A stretch of 64,000 nucleotides of DNA from Candidatus Hydrogenedentota bacterium (GTDB taxonomy: Bacteria > Hydrogenedentota > Hydrogenedentia > Hydrogenedentales > SLHB01), in assembly GCA_963674865.2 (NCBI GenBank), contig CAXXYE010000007.1, positions 64,001 through 128,000 of the forward strand, given 5' to 3'. How positions within the stretch are numbered: position 1 is the first letter of the stretch; every line of letters starts with the position of its first letter. Positions 16,734 through 26,204 of the stretch are shown one piece after another. Position numbers and translations under genes: made by a program. A model generated the notes under the pieces. That model saw only the letters and a program-made list of their open reading frames with translations. It was not told the DNA's origin and did not search any database.

Positions 16734-18128
16734 ATGGCAACGCTTCCGGCTGAGTTGATGACGGATGTTCCCAAGCTGGTGGCTCATTTCCACGGCGCCA
16801 GAAAGAAGGCCCGTATCTTTCCGCCCACCCACGCCTACGTGGCCGAGTCCGTCCAGGAGTTGATGACGGTGCTCGAGCGTTTCCTGGAGCAGTGTAGTTC
16901 CGTCACCTTGTCCATAACGGGAAAGCAACTCTACCTGGAAGGCCGCTTGTTGGCGGACGAGAGTCTGGCGTACGGCGACCTCATCGATGAACTCCTCGAA
17001 CGTGATCTCGCCAGCGTCACCTTTCACGCCGGCGTCTCTTTGGAGGAGTTGACGTCCTTTGTGAACCTGTCGAACGCCAAGCCGGAGGCCATCAGCAAAT
17101 GGAGCGGCTGGGAGGACATGCTCCGGGAAGACGGCATCCGGCAGATCGCCGTCGGGCGTCTCGTGGCGTTGCCCGGCGCCGAAGACGGCGATGGCGGCGG
17201 CCAGAAGGTCGGCATATCGAGGGAGCTTTACCGCTCTGCGCTCGAGGCGGTTGTGGCGGCGTTCATGGACGCCCGCGGACAGCGGACGCTGAACGTGGAC
17301 ATGATCCAGGATGTGGTGAAGCTCCTGGTGGCGAGCGTCATGGAAGACGAGGCCATGTTGCTGGGCCTGAGTACGCTGAAGAATCTTGACGAATACACCT
17401 TCTATCATTCGGTGAATGTGGCAATCCTGGCGCTGCTCATGGGCTCCAAACTCAATCTCAATAGCGCCACCATGTACAATCTCGGCGTGGCGGCCATCCT
17501 GCACGATATCGGCAAGATCCGCATCCCCGAAGAGATTATCAACAAGCCCGGCGCGCTGACGGATGAAGAGTACAGAATCATGCAGAAGCATCCTCTCGAG
17601 GGCGTCACCATCCTGGCGCAGCAGAAGCACCTCGGGGAGCTAGCGTTCGTCGTAGCCGCCGAGCATCATGCCCATTTCGACCTGACCGGCTATCCGAGGT
17701 ACTCCCGGCTCGATCGGCTTCACCAACTGAGCAATCTAGTCTCGGTTGTCGACGTGTACGACGCCCTGACCTCCGACCGCAGCTATCGGAGAGCCATGTT
17801 GCCCGACCAGGCTATGCAACTCCTTCTGAACGGCCGCGGCTCGCAGTTCCATCCGTCCTTGACCAAAGTCTTTGCCCACCTGGCGGGGCTTTTTCCCGTG
17901 GGCACGGTGGTGGAGTTGGACTCGGGCGAGTGCGCCGTGGTTTGCCACCCGAACGTCGACGATCTGTGCCGGCCTCAAGTGCTCCTTGTGCCGGAGCAAG
18001 GCCGCGAGGCGGGGCCGGGGCCGCTCGTGGACCTCACGGAGCGCCTCCCGGAAGACGGCTTCCGCCGCTCCATCGTGAAGTCCATCGACCCGGACGAGAT
18101 CGGCGTCGACGTGTCACAGTACGTATGA
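16734..18128 (+). CDS. HD-GYP domain cyclic-dinucleotide phosphodiesterase
   Basis: YTFYHSVNV, LHDIGK, MQKHP, EHHAHFDLTGYP, VDVYDALTSDRSYR. Starts 3 bp after the HEAT gene. Confidence 0.92.
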   Translation: MATLPAELMTDVPKLVAHFHGARKKARIFPPTHAYVAESVQELMTVLERFLEQCSSVTLSITGKQLYLEGRLLADESLAYGDLIDELLERDLASVTFHAGVSLEELTSFVNLSNAKPEAISKWSGWEDMLREDGIRQIAVGRLVALPGAEDGDGGGQKVGISRELYRSALEAVVAAFMDARGQRTLNVDMIQDVVKLLVASVMEDEAMLLGLSTLKNLDEYTFYHSVNVAILALLMGSKLNLNSATMYNLGVAAILHDIGKIRIPEEIINKPGALTDEEYRIMQKHPLEGVTILAQQKHLGELAFVVAAEHHAHFDLTGYPRYSRLDRLHQLSNLVSVVDVYDALTSDRSYRRAMLPDQAMQLLLNGRGSQFHPSLTKVFAHLAGLFPVGTVVELDSGECAVVCHPNVDDLCRPQVLLVPEQGREAGPGPLVDLTERLPEDGFRRSIVKSIDPDEIGVDVSQYV

Positions 18129-18135
18129 CGGTTTC

Positions 18136-19914
18136 TCACGCCGTACGGGCGCCCGAATGCAGCGCCGCCTCGATGCGCCCCAGTAGTTGCCTGGCCCGCG
18201 CAGAGGCTGTGTGGTAGCGCCTCAAATGCTCGTGGCCGGAGGCGGCGATGGGGCGCGCTTCGTCCGGGTGGGCGGCGAAGTGAACAAGTTTGCTTTCGAG
18301 GTCTGGCAGATCGTCAAAGAATACCGCGGACACGCCGTCCTCGAAGTCATGGGGGATGCGGATGGGCGGGCGCTCCGCCAGTAGCATGCATCCATGAGCG
18401 GGCAACTCCCAGTAGCGCACCGTGTCAAAGCCGAGTCCGAATAGGCAGAGCCCTATTTCCGCTTCTGCCAGGGCCTTGACGTACTCCGCCTGCGAATAGA
18501 CGCGATTCAGGGGAAGCTCCGCCAGTCCCGCGGCTCGTTCGAGATAGAGGCGCCGCAATCCGAAGATGCGGCTCCCGGCCCAGAAACACCCTTGTCTACG
18601 CTCCCAGGCGATGTGCTCTGGAATACGCTCGTCGGGATAGCCGAATGGCAGGGGGTAGGTATTGGGGCCGTAGTCAACGCATGCCAGCATCTCGCGCTTG
18701 AAGTACGCCTGAAAGGCCGGGAGGCCGAGATACTCGAGCAGGACGTTCTGGTGATTGCCGCAGTCATCCCATGTGTCCACCAGGAAGAGCGGTGTCTCTC
18801 CGGCTGCGTCCATCAGTCTCCGGGCGTCCTGCCGACTCACATCTTGGAGCATGTCAGCGTATAGGACCACGTCATAGTCACCGCGCCGCAGTTCGGCCGT
18901 AACAGCATCAAGCGTTCGCGACTCGCCGGCATGGTTGAATACGCAGGGATAGGCCCCCGCGTCCTCCGGGCGCGCACCGTGCAGCGTTGGTTTCCATGGA
19001 TACTCGACGACGTGCTCATCCCCGAGCACGAGGCATAGGCCGTGGCACAGCGTGTCCATGCCGTAGTCGGAGTGACGGTGTGTCACGATGAGGATGCGCG
19101 GGCGCCATGTGCCGCTCCATTCGGGCGGGGGCGGCTCCGGTGTGCGGCGCACAGCCTCGGGACGGCATCGCAGGAGCCGCTGCGCTGCCTGCTCATCCGG
19201 TGCGGCGTGCTGAATGCTTCGTAGCAGCCGGGCGGCCATGTCGTCATTCCCGAGCAGCCGCCAGAACTCCGCCTGGCACTGGTAGACTTCTGATAGCTCC
19301 GGGAAAACGTAGACGGCCGTGTAGAATTCCTTCTGCGCGCGGAAGAAGCGCCCCGCCCTTCCCACATCGCCCGCGGCCCTGTCCCAGGCGTATAGCGATA
19401 ACTGCTTTTCCATGGCGATGGCCAGTTGTGCCTCGGGATTGTCGGCCCAACCGGATGGGATTCCGTCCAGGATGGTGTAGCTCACGTCGGGCCGCCCCGC
19501 CGCAAAGAGCCTGCGGGCGTGCTCCGCCGGGTCGTAGCCTTTGCGCACTGCTATCGCCCACCCAGCAGAGGATTCACCATACTGCGCCAGGGCGGCTTCC
19601 TCGATCATGCGCTCGCCCTCGCCGGCCGGCAGATACACGGCCCCGTCCCCGTGGAGGAGGGGCAGCGCAGCGCGCAGCGCCTCCGCGAGCCACTCCGCAA
19701 GCGGCGTCTCATCGCAGATGACGATGGCGTCGAAGTTCTCTAAGGCGGGAGAAGGTGCCTCGCCGGCCTTCCTCATGTAGCTCGCCGCGATCCCCCTTGC
19801 CTCTAGGCGTTCGGAAGGCCACGGCCCGGCGCCCAGACAAAGCACACGGCCCACGTATCCCGGCAGCGCGTCTACCCATGCGTGGAGCCCCGTGTCATCG
19901 CCCGATTTCGTCAT
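18136..19914 (-). CDS. Glycosyltransferase (C-terminal CgeB/Glyco_trans_1_2-like domain) with N-terminal extension
   Basis: C-terminal IGLCLFGLGFDTVRYWELPAHGCMLL...FEDGVSAVFFDDLPDL...IAASGHEHLRRYHT is typical of this GT-B half. Central TPR-like helices. Confidence 0.75.
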   Translation of the reverse strand: MTKSGDDTGLHAWVDALPGYVGRVLCLGAGPWPSERLEARGIAASYMRKAGEAPSPALENFDAIVICDETPLAEWLAEALRAALPLLHGDGAVYLPAGEGERMIEEAALAQYGESSAGWAIAVRKGYDPAEHARRLFAAGRPDVSYTILDGIPSGWADNPEAQLAIAMEKQLSLYAWDRAAGDVGRAGRFFRAQKEFYTAVYVFPELSEVYQCQAEFWRLLGNDDMAARLLRSIQHAAPDEQAAQRLLRCRPEAVRRTPEPPPPEWSGTWRPRILIVTHRHSDYGMDTLCHGLCLVLGDEHVVEYPWKPTLHGARPEDAGAYPCVFNHAGESRTLDAVTAELRRGDYDVVLYADMLQDVSRQDARRLMDAAGETPLFLVDTWDDCGNHQNVLLEYLGLPAFQAYFKREMLACVDYGPNTYPLPFGYPDERIPEHIAWERRQGCFWAGSRIFGLRRLYLERAAGLAELPLNRVYSQAEYVKALAEAEIGLCLFGLGFDTVRYWELPAHGCMLLAERPPIRIPHDFEDGVSAVFFDDLPDLESKLVHFAAHPDEARPIAASGHEHLRRYHTASARARQLLGRIEAALHSGARTA

Positions 19915-20063
19915 CCATGCGCTCCCCAGAACTTGACGCGATGAAGCATCTTAACATAGCCGCCCAGCCTTGAGCGGAGGGTGCAAGAATGTGTAGCGCG
20001 ACTGCGATGGCCCGCGCGTCTGCGCCTTGCACCGCGGGTCGGGGGCGGATAGACTGTCTCCCC

Positions 20064-21536
20064 ATGGCGCTCAAACGACATACCGGGCCGCTATTCCTGG
20101 GCATTGACGCGGGCACGAGCGGCGTACGCGCTTGCGCGGTTACGCAACGCGGCGAGGTGGTAGGCCAGGCGTCCGTTGCCTTGGGCCCGGACGCGTCCAC
20201 GCGGGATGCCGAGCGCCATGAGCAATCGCCGCAGGCGTGGTGGCAGGCCGTTCAGGACGTCGTTACGTCACTCATGGCCCGCCTCTCCGCCGGGGGCTGT
20301 GCGTCCGACGCCGTGCAGGCCCTCGCGGTGGACGGCACCTCGGGCACCCTCGTCTGCCTGGACGGCCGCCATGAGCCGGTGCGGGCTGCCATCATGTACA
20401 ACGACCCCAGGGGGCTGGCCGAAGCGGACGAACTCAATGCCGCCGCGGGGTCGTTCTGCGAGGTCCTGGGCTACCGGTTCGCATCTTCCTACGCGCTGGC
20501 GAAGATCCTGTGGTTTTCACGCAACGAACCGGAGTTGTATGAGCGCACCGCCCGATTCGCCCATCAGGCGGACTACATTGTGGGCCGCCTCACCGGCATC
20601 TTCGATGTCTCGGATTACAGCAATGCCCTCAAGACGGGATATCACCTCATCGAGGAGCGGTGGCCGGAGTGGTTATCCAGCTTCTCCGGTGTCCTTGAAC
20701 GCCTGCCGCGCATTATCGCCCCCGCCACGCCGATTGGGCCGGTGGCCGATGGTGTGGCCGATGCCTTGGGATTGCCTCGCGGCTGTACGGTAGTGGCGGG
20801 CGCGAGCGATGGCACCGCGGCCTGCCTGGCCTCGGGGATCAGGCTGCCCGGCGACTACAACACCACCCTTGGCACGACGCTTGTCTTCAAGGGATTGTCA
20901 GAGCGGCTCTGCACCCATCCGGACGGCCTCGTTTACTCGCACAAACTGCCGGGCGGGCGCTGGCTGCCCGGCGCCGCAAGCAATACTGGCGGGGAGTGGG
21001 TTAATACGCTTTTTGCTGGGCAAGACGCCGCCGCGCTGGACGCCGCGGCCGCTAGCCTGCTTCCCAGTGCGCACGCGGCGTATCCGCTGATAGGTACCGG
21101 GGAGCGCTTCCCGTTTCTATGCACGGCCGCGGAGGGATTCTGCGTGCCCGAGGCACAAGATTCCGCGGCGCATTTCGCGGGCTGTCTCCAGGGGACGGCC
21201 TTTCTCGAACGCTTGGCCTATGACGTGCTGGATGGGATCACGGGCACGTCCGGCGGCGCTGTCTACAGCACCGGCGGTGGGAGTCGCAGCGCCGTGTGGA
21301 TGCAATGCCGAGCCGATGCCACGGGGCGCATTATCCACCGGCCGGCGTGTCCGGAATCCGCCTTTGGCAGTGCGGTTCTCGCGGCCAGTGGCGCACATTA
21401 CGGTGGACTCAGCGAAGCCATACGGAATATGGTGCACGTTGAGCGCTCTTTTGAGCCCGATACGGCCAAGAAGGGCCGATATGATGAAGTATACGGACGT
21501 TTTTGCGACGAATTGGAGCGACGCGCCTACCGATGA
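20064..21536 (+). CDS. FGGY-family carbohydrate kinase
   Basis: LGIDAGTSGVRA, AVDGTSGT, AIMYND, SDYSNALKTG, TLGTTLVFK, TGGGSRS. Confidence 0.93.
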   Translation: MALKRHTGPLFLGIDAGTSGVRACAVTQRGEVVGQASVALGPDASTRDAERHEQSPQAWWQAVQDVVTSLMARLSAGGCASDAVQALAVDGTSGTLVCLDGRHEPVRAAIMYNDPRGLAEADELNAAAGSFCEVLGYRFASSYALAKILWFSRNEPELYERTARFAHQADYIVGRLTGIFDVSDYSNALKTGYHLIEERWPEWLSSFSGVLERLPRIIAPATPIGPVADGVADALGLPRGCTVVAGASDGTAACLASGIRLPGDYNTTLGTTLVFKGLSERLCTHPDGLVYSHKLPGGRWLPGAASNTGGEWVNTLFAGQDAAALDAAAASLLPSAHAAYPLIGTGERFPFLCTAAEGFCVPEAQDSAAHFAGCLQGTAFLERLAYDVLDGITGTSGGAVYSTGGGSRSAVWMQCRADATGRIIHRPACPESAFGSAVLAASGAHYGGLSEAIRNMVHVERSFEPDTAKKGRYDEVYGRFCDELERRAYR

Positions 21537-22927
21537 GCATTTACAAATCCTGTGATATCCGCGGCCCCGTATCGGAACTCAGTCCGGAGCTATACAGGAA
21601 GTGGGGACGGATACTCGGCCGAAAACTAGATTCGGACGCGGTATTCATCGTGGGGGGCGACGTGCGCGAATCCACTCCCATGTTCTTGCAGATGCTCGCC
21701 GAGGGCCTTCTCGAAGCGGGCGCCGCCGTCGTCGACCTGGGCATTCAGCCAACGCCCATCGTCTATTTCGCAAAGCGCTACGCTCAGGCGACGGGGTGCG
21801 CCGCCGTGACGGCATCCCACGGCCCGCCGGACACGAATGGACTCAAGTGGATGATAGGCGATCTCCCTCCCACGGAAGGTGATGTTCGCGCCCTCCAGGA
21901 GGCGGCCGAGGTCGAGCCGGACGAGGCCCCCGACGATGCGGTGGAAGGCAGCCATATCGTCAATCACGTTGTTTCCGAGTACGAGGACTGGTTGTGGGAG
22001 CGTTGGGCGGCCGCACCGGATCCGCCGGGCCGCCGCGTCGTTATCGACCCGGGTAACGGCTGCTGGTCGGTACGCGCGCGCTACTACCTTGTCGATCTCT
22101 TCTCCAACCTGCGCCTGATGGCCCTGCATGATGAAGTGGACGGGGCCTTTCCCAGCCGGAGTCCCGATTGCGCGCGCCCGGAGCATCTCCATAAGCTGGC
22201 GGAGGCGGTGGTCCGCGAGAAGGCCCACCTGGGAATCGCTTTCGACGGCGATGGCGACCGCGTGGCCTTCGTCGACGAGACCGGCCATGTTCTACGTGCC
22301 GAGGAGGCGACCTGGATTCTGCTGCAAAGTTTCGCCGCGGAACTGTCGCGCCGGGAGTTCGTCTACGACCTGAAGTTCTCCGATCAAATGGCTGCTGCCG
22401 CGTCCGGCTTCGGGGCGAATGCCGTCGCGGAGCGCAGCGGACACACCTTCATTCGCTCCCGCATGATCCGCGACGGCGCCCTATTCGGGGCGGAGATCAG
22501 CGGCCACTACTTCTACGAGGAGCTTGGGGGAGGCGATGACGGCCTATTCACGGCCTGCCGCATGTTGAGCTTCCTCGCGGCGTCCGGCCGCTCCCTCGCC
22601 GAATGGCGCGGTGACTGCCCGGCCGTATACATGACGCCGGACCTCCGCGTTGCCGTCGAAGAGGGCGGCCAAGACGCTGTCATCGAGATGGTCGCGGCAG
22701 CCTTTCCCGAGCAGCCGCAGAGCCGAGTGGACGGCGTCCGTATCGATTTCCTGGATGGCTGGGCCCTTGTCCGAAGCTCGGTGACGGCACCCGAGATTAC
22801 CGTCCGCTTCGAGGGCCGCTCATCGGAGGCCCTTGGGCGCGTCGTTGACGTTTTCAGCGGCGCCACGGGCGCCTTTGGAGAGCGCGTTCGCAGCTTGTAT
22901 GAAACGCAGTCGAACACAGAAGTCTAA
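21533..22927 (+). CDS. Phosphomannomutase/phosphoglucomutase family protein
   Basis: YKSCDIRG, TASHGP catalytic loop, FDGDGDR metal loop, GAEISGH, LVRSSVT. ATGA overlap with the kinase. Confidence 0.93.
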   Translation: MSIYKSCDIRGPVSELSPELYRKWGRILGRKLDSDAVFIVGGDVRESTPMFLQMLAEGLLEAGAAVVDLGIQPTPIVYFAKRYAQATGCAAVTASHGPPDTNGLKWMIGDLPPTEGDVRALQEAAEVEPDEAPDDAVEGSHIVNHVVSEYEDWLWERWAAAPDPPGRRVVIDPGNGCWSVRARYYLVDLFSNLRLMALHDEVDGAFPSRSPDCARPEHLHKLAEAVVREKAHLGIAFDGDGDRVAFVDETGHVLRAEEATWILLQSFAAELSRREFVYDLKFSDQMAAAASGFGANAVAERSGHTFIRSRMIRDGALFGAEISGHYFYEELGGGDDGLFTACRMLSFLAASGRSLAEWRGDCPAVYMTPDLRVAVEEGGQDAVIEMVAAAFPEQPQSRVDGVRIDFLDGWALVRSSVTAPEITVRFEGRSSEALGRVVDVFSGATGAFGERVRSLYETQSNTEV

Positions 22928-22944
22928 GTAAGGAATCTGAAATC

Positions 22945-23883
22945 ATGAGCAGTCCCAAGGACATGAAGTCCCCGCCACCCTTTCGGGGCATGATGCCTAT
23001 CATGCCGACGGCCATCACGCCGTCGGGCGAACTTGATGAGCCCAGCCAGCGCAAGCTCGTGCAGTACTGCCTGCAGTGCGGCGCCTGCGCTGTCGGGCAC
23101 TTCGGCTTCGCCTCCGAGTTTCACAAGATTTCGGATCGCCAACGCACCCGGCTGATCGAACTCATCGTCAATGAGGTGGCCGGGCGCGCGCCGGTGTTCA
23201 TCGGTGTTGCCGCGCCGGCCAATCACATCGCGGTCGAGTACGCACTCGAGGCGGAGCGCCTTGGAGCGGACATGATCATGGCCGCCATTCCTTATGTGAC
23301 GGTGCCCGACAGCGAGGGCGTCTATACGTATTATCGGGAGTTGTCCGATGCCGTGAGCCTACCGATCATTGTCCAGGACATCGGCCTGAGTTCATCGATT
23401 CTGACAGCCGAGTTCCTCCTGAAGATGTTCACGGAGATCGAGCACATCGACTACGTCAAAGCCGAAGGCACCAACTTCCTGGCGAAGACGGCCGATCTGC
23501 TTTCCTTATCCGACGGGAGAGTCCCCGTCATCGGTGGGGCCGGGGGAAAGCACCTGATCCACATGCTCCGGGCGGGCGTCACCTCCTTCATGACGGGCAC
23601 CGAGGCGCTCGATATTCACGCCGCCGTCGTCGCCGCTTACCTTGCAGGTGATGAAGACAAGGCCGCGGACATCTACTTCCAGCAATTGCTCCCTTACTTC
23701 ATGTTTTACAACGATCACTCGAACGAGTTGCTCAAGGCCATGCTCCACCGTCGCGGCGTTATGGACTGCCCGGACGTTATCCCGCCGCGTGCCCCGGGCC
23801 GAATGACGGATATCGAGGCACGGGAGTTCGAGTGGATACTCAAGCGGATTGGCTTCGACAAGAAGTGGCCGGACATTCCCTGA
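22945..23883 (+). CDS. DHDPS/NAL-superfamily class I aldolase-like protein
   Basis: GMMPIMPTAIT, ASEFHKISDRQR, VAGRAPVFIGV, LPIIVQD, Schiff-base Lys in YVKAEG. Confidence 0.85.
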   Translation: MSSPKDMKSPPPFRGMMPIMPTAITPSGELDEPSQRKLVQYCLQCGACAVGHFGFASEFHKISDRQRTRLIELIVNEVAGRAPVFIGVAAPANHIAVEYALEAERLGADMIMAAIPYVTVPDSEGVYTYYRELSDAVSLPIIVQDIGLSSSILTAEFLLKMFTEIEHIDYVKAEGTNFLAKTADLLSLSDGRVPVIGGAGGKHLIHMLRAGVTSFMTGTEALDIHAAVVAAYLAGDEDKAADIYFQQLLPYFMFYNDHSNELLKAMLHRRGVMDCPDVIPPRAPGRMTDIEAREFEWILKRIGFDKKWPDIP

Positions 23884-23944
23884 TGGGCCGGAGGCCGGCG
23901 CATCCCTCCTGCGAAATGCAGGAGTCCGGTGCTGCGCCAATGCC

Positions 23945-25060
23945 CTATGCCCGGCGGGAGCCCTTTTCGATGGGCAAGGCGACTTCAAAGCACGCGCCGC
24001 CTTCATCGAGATTGCGGTAGCTGACCGCCCCGCCGTGGGCTGTGACGATACGGTGCACAATGGCTAGGCCGAGTCCCGTGCCTCCCTCCTTCTTCGAGAC
24101 AAAAGGACTGAACAGGTTCTCGTCCGGATCGCATTGGACGCCGGGGCCGTTATCGCGGACTCGGAATACTACGCTTCGCCCTGTGCTCCTCGCGCCAACG
24201 TGGACGCGGCCACCTTTGCCCACGGCGTCCACGGCGTTGTTCACCAGGTTGGCCACGGCTTGCGCCGCTTTGTCGAGATCGGCGTGGATCTTGGGCAGGT
24301 CCGGCCCGTAATCGACTTCGATGCTCGCCCCATTCTCGTCTGCTTGGCGCCGACACAACTTCACGACCCGCTCCAGAATATCCTGCGGGTGGCACCAGGC
24401 GGGCTCGACCTCGAAGGGCCGCGCGAAACCCAGAAACTGAGCCACGAGCTTCTGAAGTTTGGTGGTTTCCTCGCCGATTGCCTCAGCGGATTTCCTACCG
24501 GGATGATCGGCCTCCAAGCGGCGTAGCAGCAACTCGCACATGCCGCTGATGACGCTCAACGGATTCCGCAACTCGTGCACTACCCCCGCCGTGAGTTCTC
24601 CTATCGACGCCAACTGCCGGTTCAACGCCGCCTCGCGCTCGATACGGCGCCGCTCCGTCATGTCTGTGAAAAGGAAGATGGCTCCGTTCACGCCGTCCAA
24701 CCCCTCCAGGAGCGAAACGGATACGCCGATCTCCCTGTCTTTGCCATCGCTCCCCGGCACCACGAATTCCTCGCGCGCGAGGGAACGCCCGCCGTGTACG
24801 GCCTGTTCGAATAGCCGCAGGAATGGCTCGGAAATGGGGAGGTCCGTGAGTTGATTACCCGCAGCCAGTACTTCCGAGTCTAACTGAAGATGACGGCGTG
24901 CCGCGTCGTTTGCCGCGAGTATGGTTCCGTCTTTGTCCACGGCGAGCACCCCGCTGAGGAGGCTATTGAGCACGAGGCGGAAGTAGTCGGATATGTCATG
25001 GCTATCAACTGGAAGCGCGTCCATCGGGAGATTGTTTGCAAGCGGGTCTGTTGCATCCAT
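23945..25060 (-). CDS. Cytoplasmic PAS-domain sensor histidine kinase
   Basis: PAS (LNSLLSGVLAVDKDGTILAAN), H-box VVHELRNPL, NLVNNAVDA, DNGPG, GTGLGL. Confidence 0.93.
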   Translation of the reverse strand: MDATDPLANNLPMDALPVDSHDISDYFRLVLNSLLSGVLAVDKDGTILAANDAARRHLQLDSEVLAAGNQLTDLPISEPFLRLFEQAVHGGRSLAREEFVVPGSDGKDREIGVSVSLLEGLDGVNGAIFLFTDMTERRRIEREAALNRQLASIGELTAGVVHELRNPLSVISGMCELLLRRLEADHPGRKSAEAIGEETTKLQKLVAQFLGFARPFEVEPAWCHPQDILERVVKLCRRQADENGASIEVDYGPDLPKIHADLDKAAQAVANLVNNAVDAVGKGGRVHVGARSTGRSVVFRVRDNGPGVQCDPDENLFSPFVSKKEGGTGLGLAIVHRIVTAHGGAVSYRNLDEGGACFEVALPIEKGSRRA

Positions 25061-25126
25061 GCGGTTCAGTACCCTCCCATCATGTTGTTCCGCTGGGCGC
25101 CTCCTCCACCGCCGGCCCCGCGAGCA

Positions 25127-25987
25127 CTACATCCGTGCCCGAATCTGCCGCGCCAACTCGGCAAACTCATCCAACGAGAGCGTTTCCGGCCGGCGGGCAG
25201 AGTCGATGCCGGCGGCGGCCATCCCGTCCAATACCGCTTCGCGGGGCGCTCCGAAGCTCCCCGAGCGCGTGAGGGAGTTCCGGAGTGTCTTGCGGCGCTG
25301 CGTGAACGCGGCCCGGATGATGCCCACGAGGAACTTCCGCTCCAGATCAGGATAAAGGGGCTCCGCACGGTTGCGCAAGCGCACAATGCAACTGTCTACC
25401 CGAGGCTCCGGACGAAAGCAGGTACGCGGCACCCGCCGGACGATGTCGACCTCCGCATGGTAATGCACCATGAGAGATAAGACGCCGTAGTCCCGCGAGC
25501 CGGCCCCCGCCGTCATGCGCCGTCCGACCTCTTCCTGCACCATGACCACGAGCCGCGAGAAGAACACCGATGATTCCCAGAAGTGGAACAAGATTGGCGT
25601 GGTTATGTAATAGGGCAGGTTCGAAAGCATCTTGAGCTGGGAGGCCCCGGGGAGGTATTCGGCCACCAACTTGTCCAATCGGTGGTTGAGGATGTCGCCC
25701 CGAAAAAGCCGCAGCGAATCGATCCCCGCAAACCGCTCCTCGAGACACGGCATGAATGACGCGTCTATTTCGACGGCGAGCACCCGGCGCGCCGCCTTGT
25801 GTAGGTGGTTCGTGAGGGCGCCCAAGCCCGCTCCCACCTCAACAACATCATCCTCAGGGCAAAGCGCGGCGGCTTCGACCATGATCCGGTTGATGTTGTC
25901 ATCGAGCAGCAGATTCTGGCCGAGGGCCTTCTTGAACCGGATGCCGTAGCGCTCGCACATTTCCCGTAGAGACATCATATCCTCCAT
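25127..25987 (-). CDS. rsmA: 16S rRNA adenine dimethyltransferase
   Basis: KKALGQNLL, VEVGAGLGALT, SNLPYYIT, FRPEPRVDS, FTQRRKTLRN, RRPETLS. Confidence 0.96.
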   Translation of the reverse strand: MEDMMSLREMCERYGIRFKKALGQNLLLDDNINRIMVEAAALCPEDDVVEVGAGLGALTNHLHKAARRVLAVEIDASFMPCLEERFAGIDSLRLFRGDILNHRLDKLVAEYLPGASQLKMLSNLPYYITTPILFHFWESSVFFSRLVVMVQEEVGRRMTAGAGSRDYGVLSLMVHYHAEVDIVRRVPRTCFRPEPRVDSCIVRLRNRAEPLYPDLERKFLVGIIRAAFTQRRKTLRNSLTRSGSFGAPREAVLDGMAAAGIDSARRPETLSLDEFAELARQIRARM

Positions 25988-26114
25988 TCCGAACCTTGAG
26001 CTTAGAATCCATCTGTCAAAAGGTCAAGTGAATACTCCCTGCGGCTTTCATGCGCTCGTCAGGGCCGAGCGCGCGAGGCTTCGGCCTATCCACTGCTTCG
26101 TGTTCCCTCCAACG

Positions 26115-26143
26115 TTGACACGGCCATCTCCCTGTGATAAACT
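26115..26143 (+). promoter_or_regulatory. Sigma70 promoter upstream of 26205
   Basis: TTGACA, 17-bp spacer, TAAACT. Confidence 0.65.
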
Positions 26144-26204
26144 CAACGCGCTGTAGTTGATGTAACCTACAGAGCGCTATTCGTTTACACGAGGAGGGCG
26201 GTCA

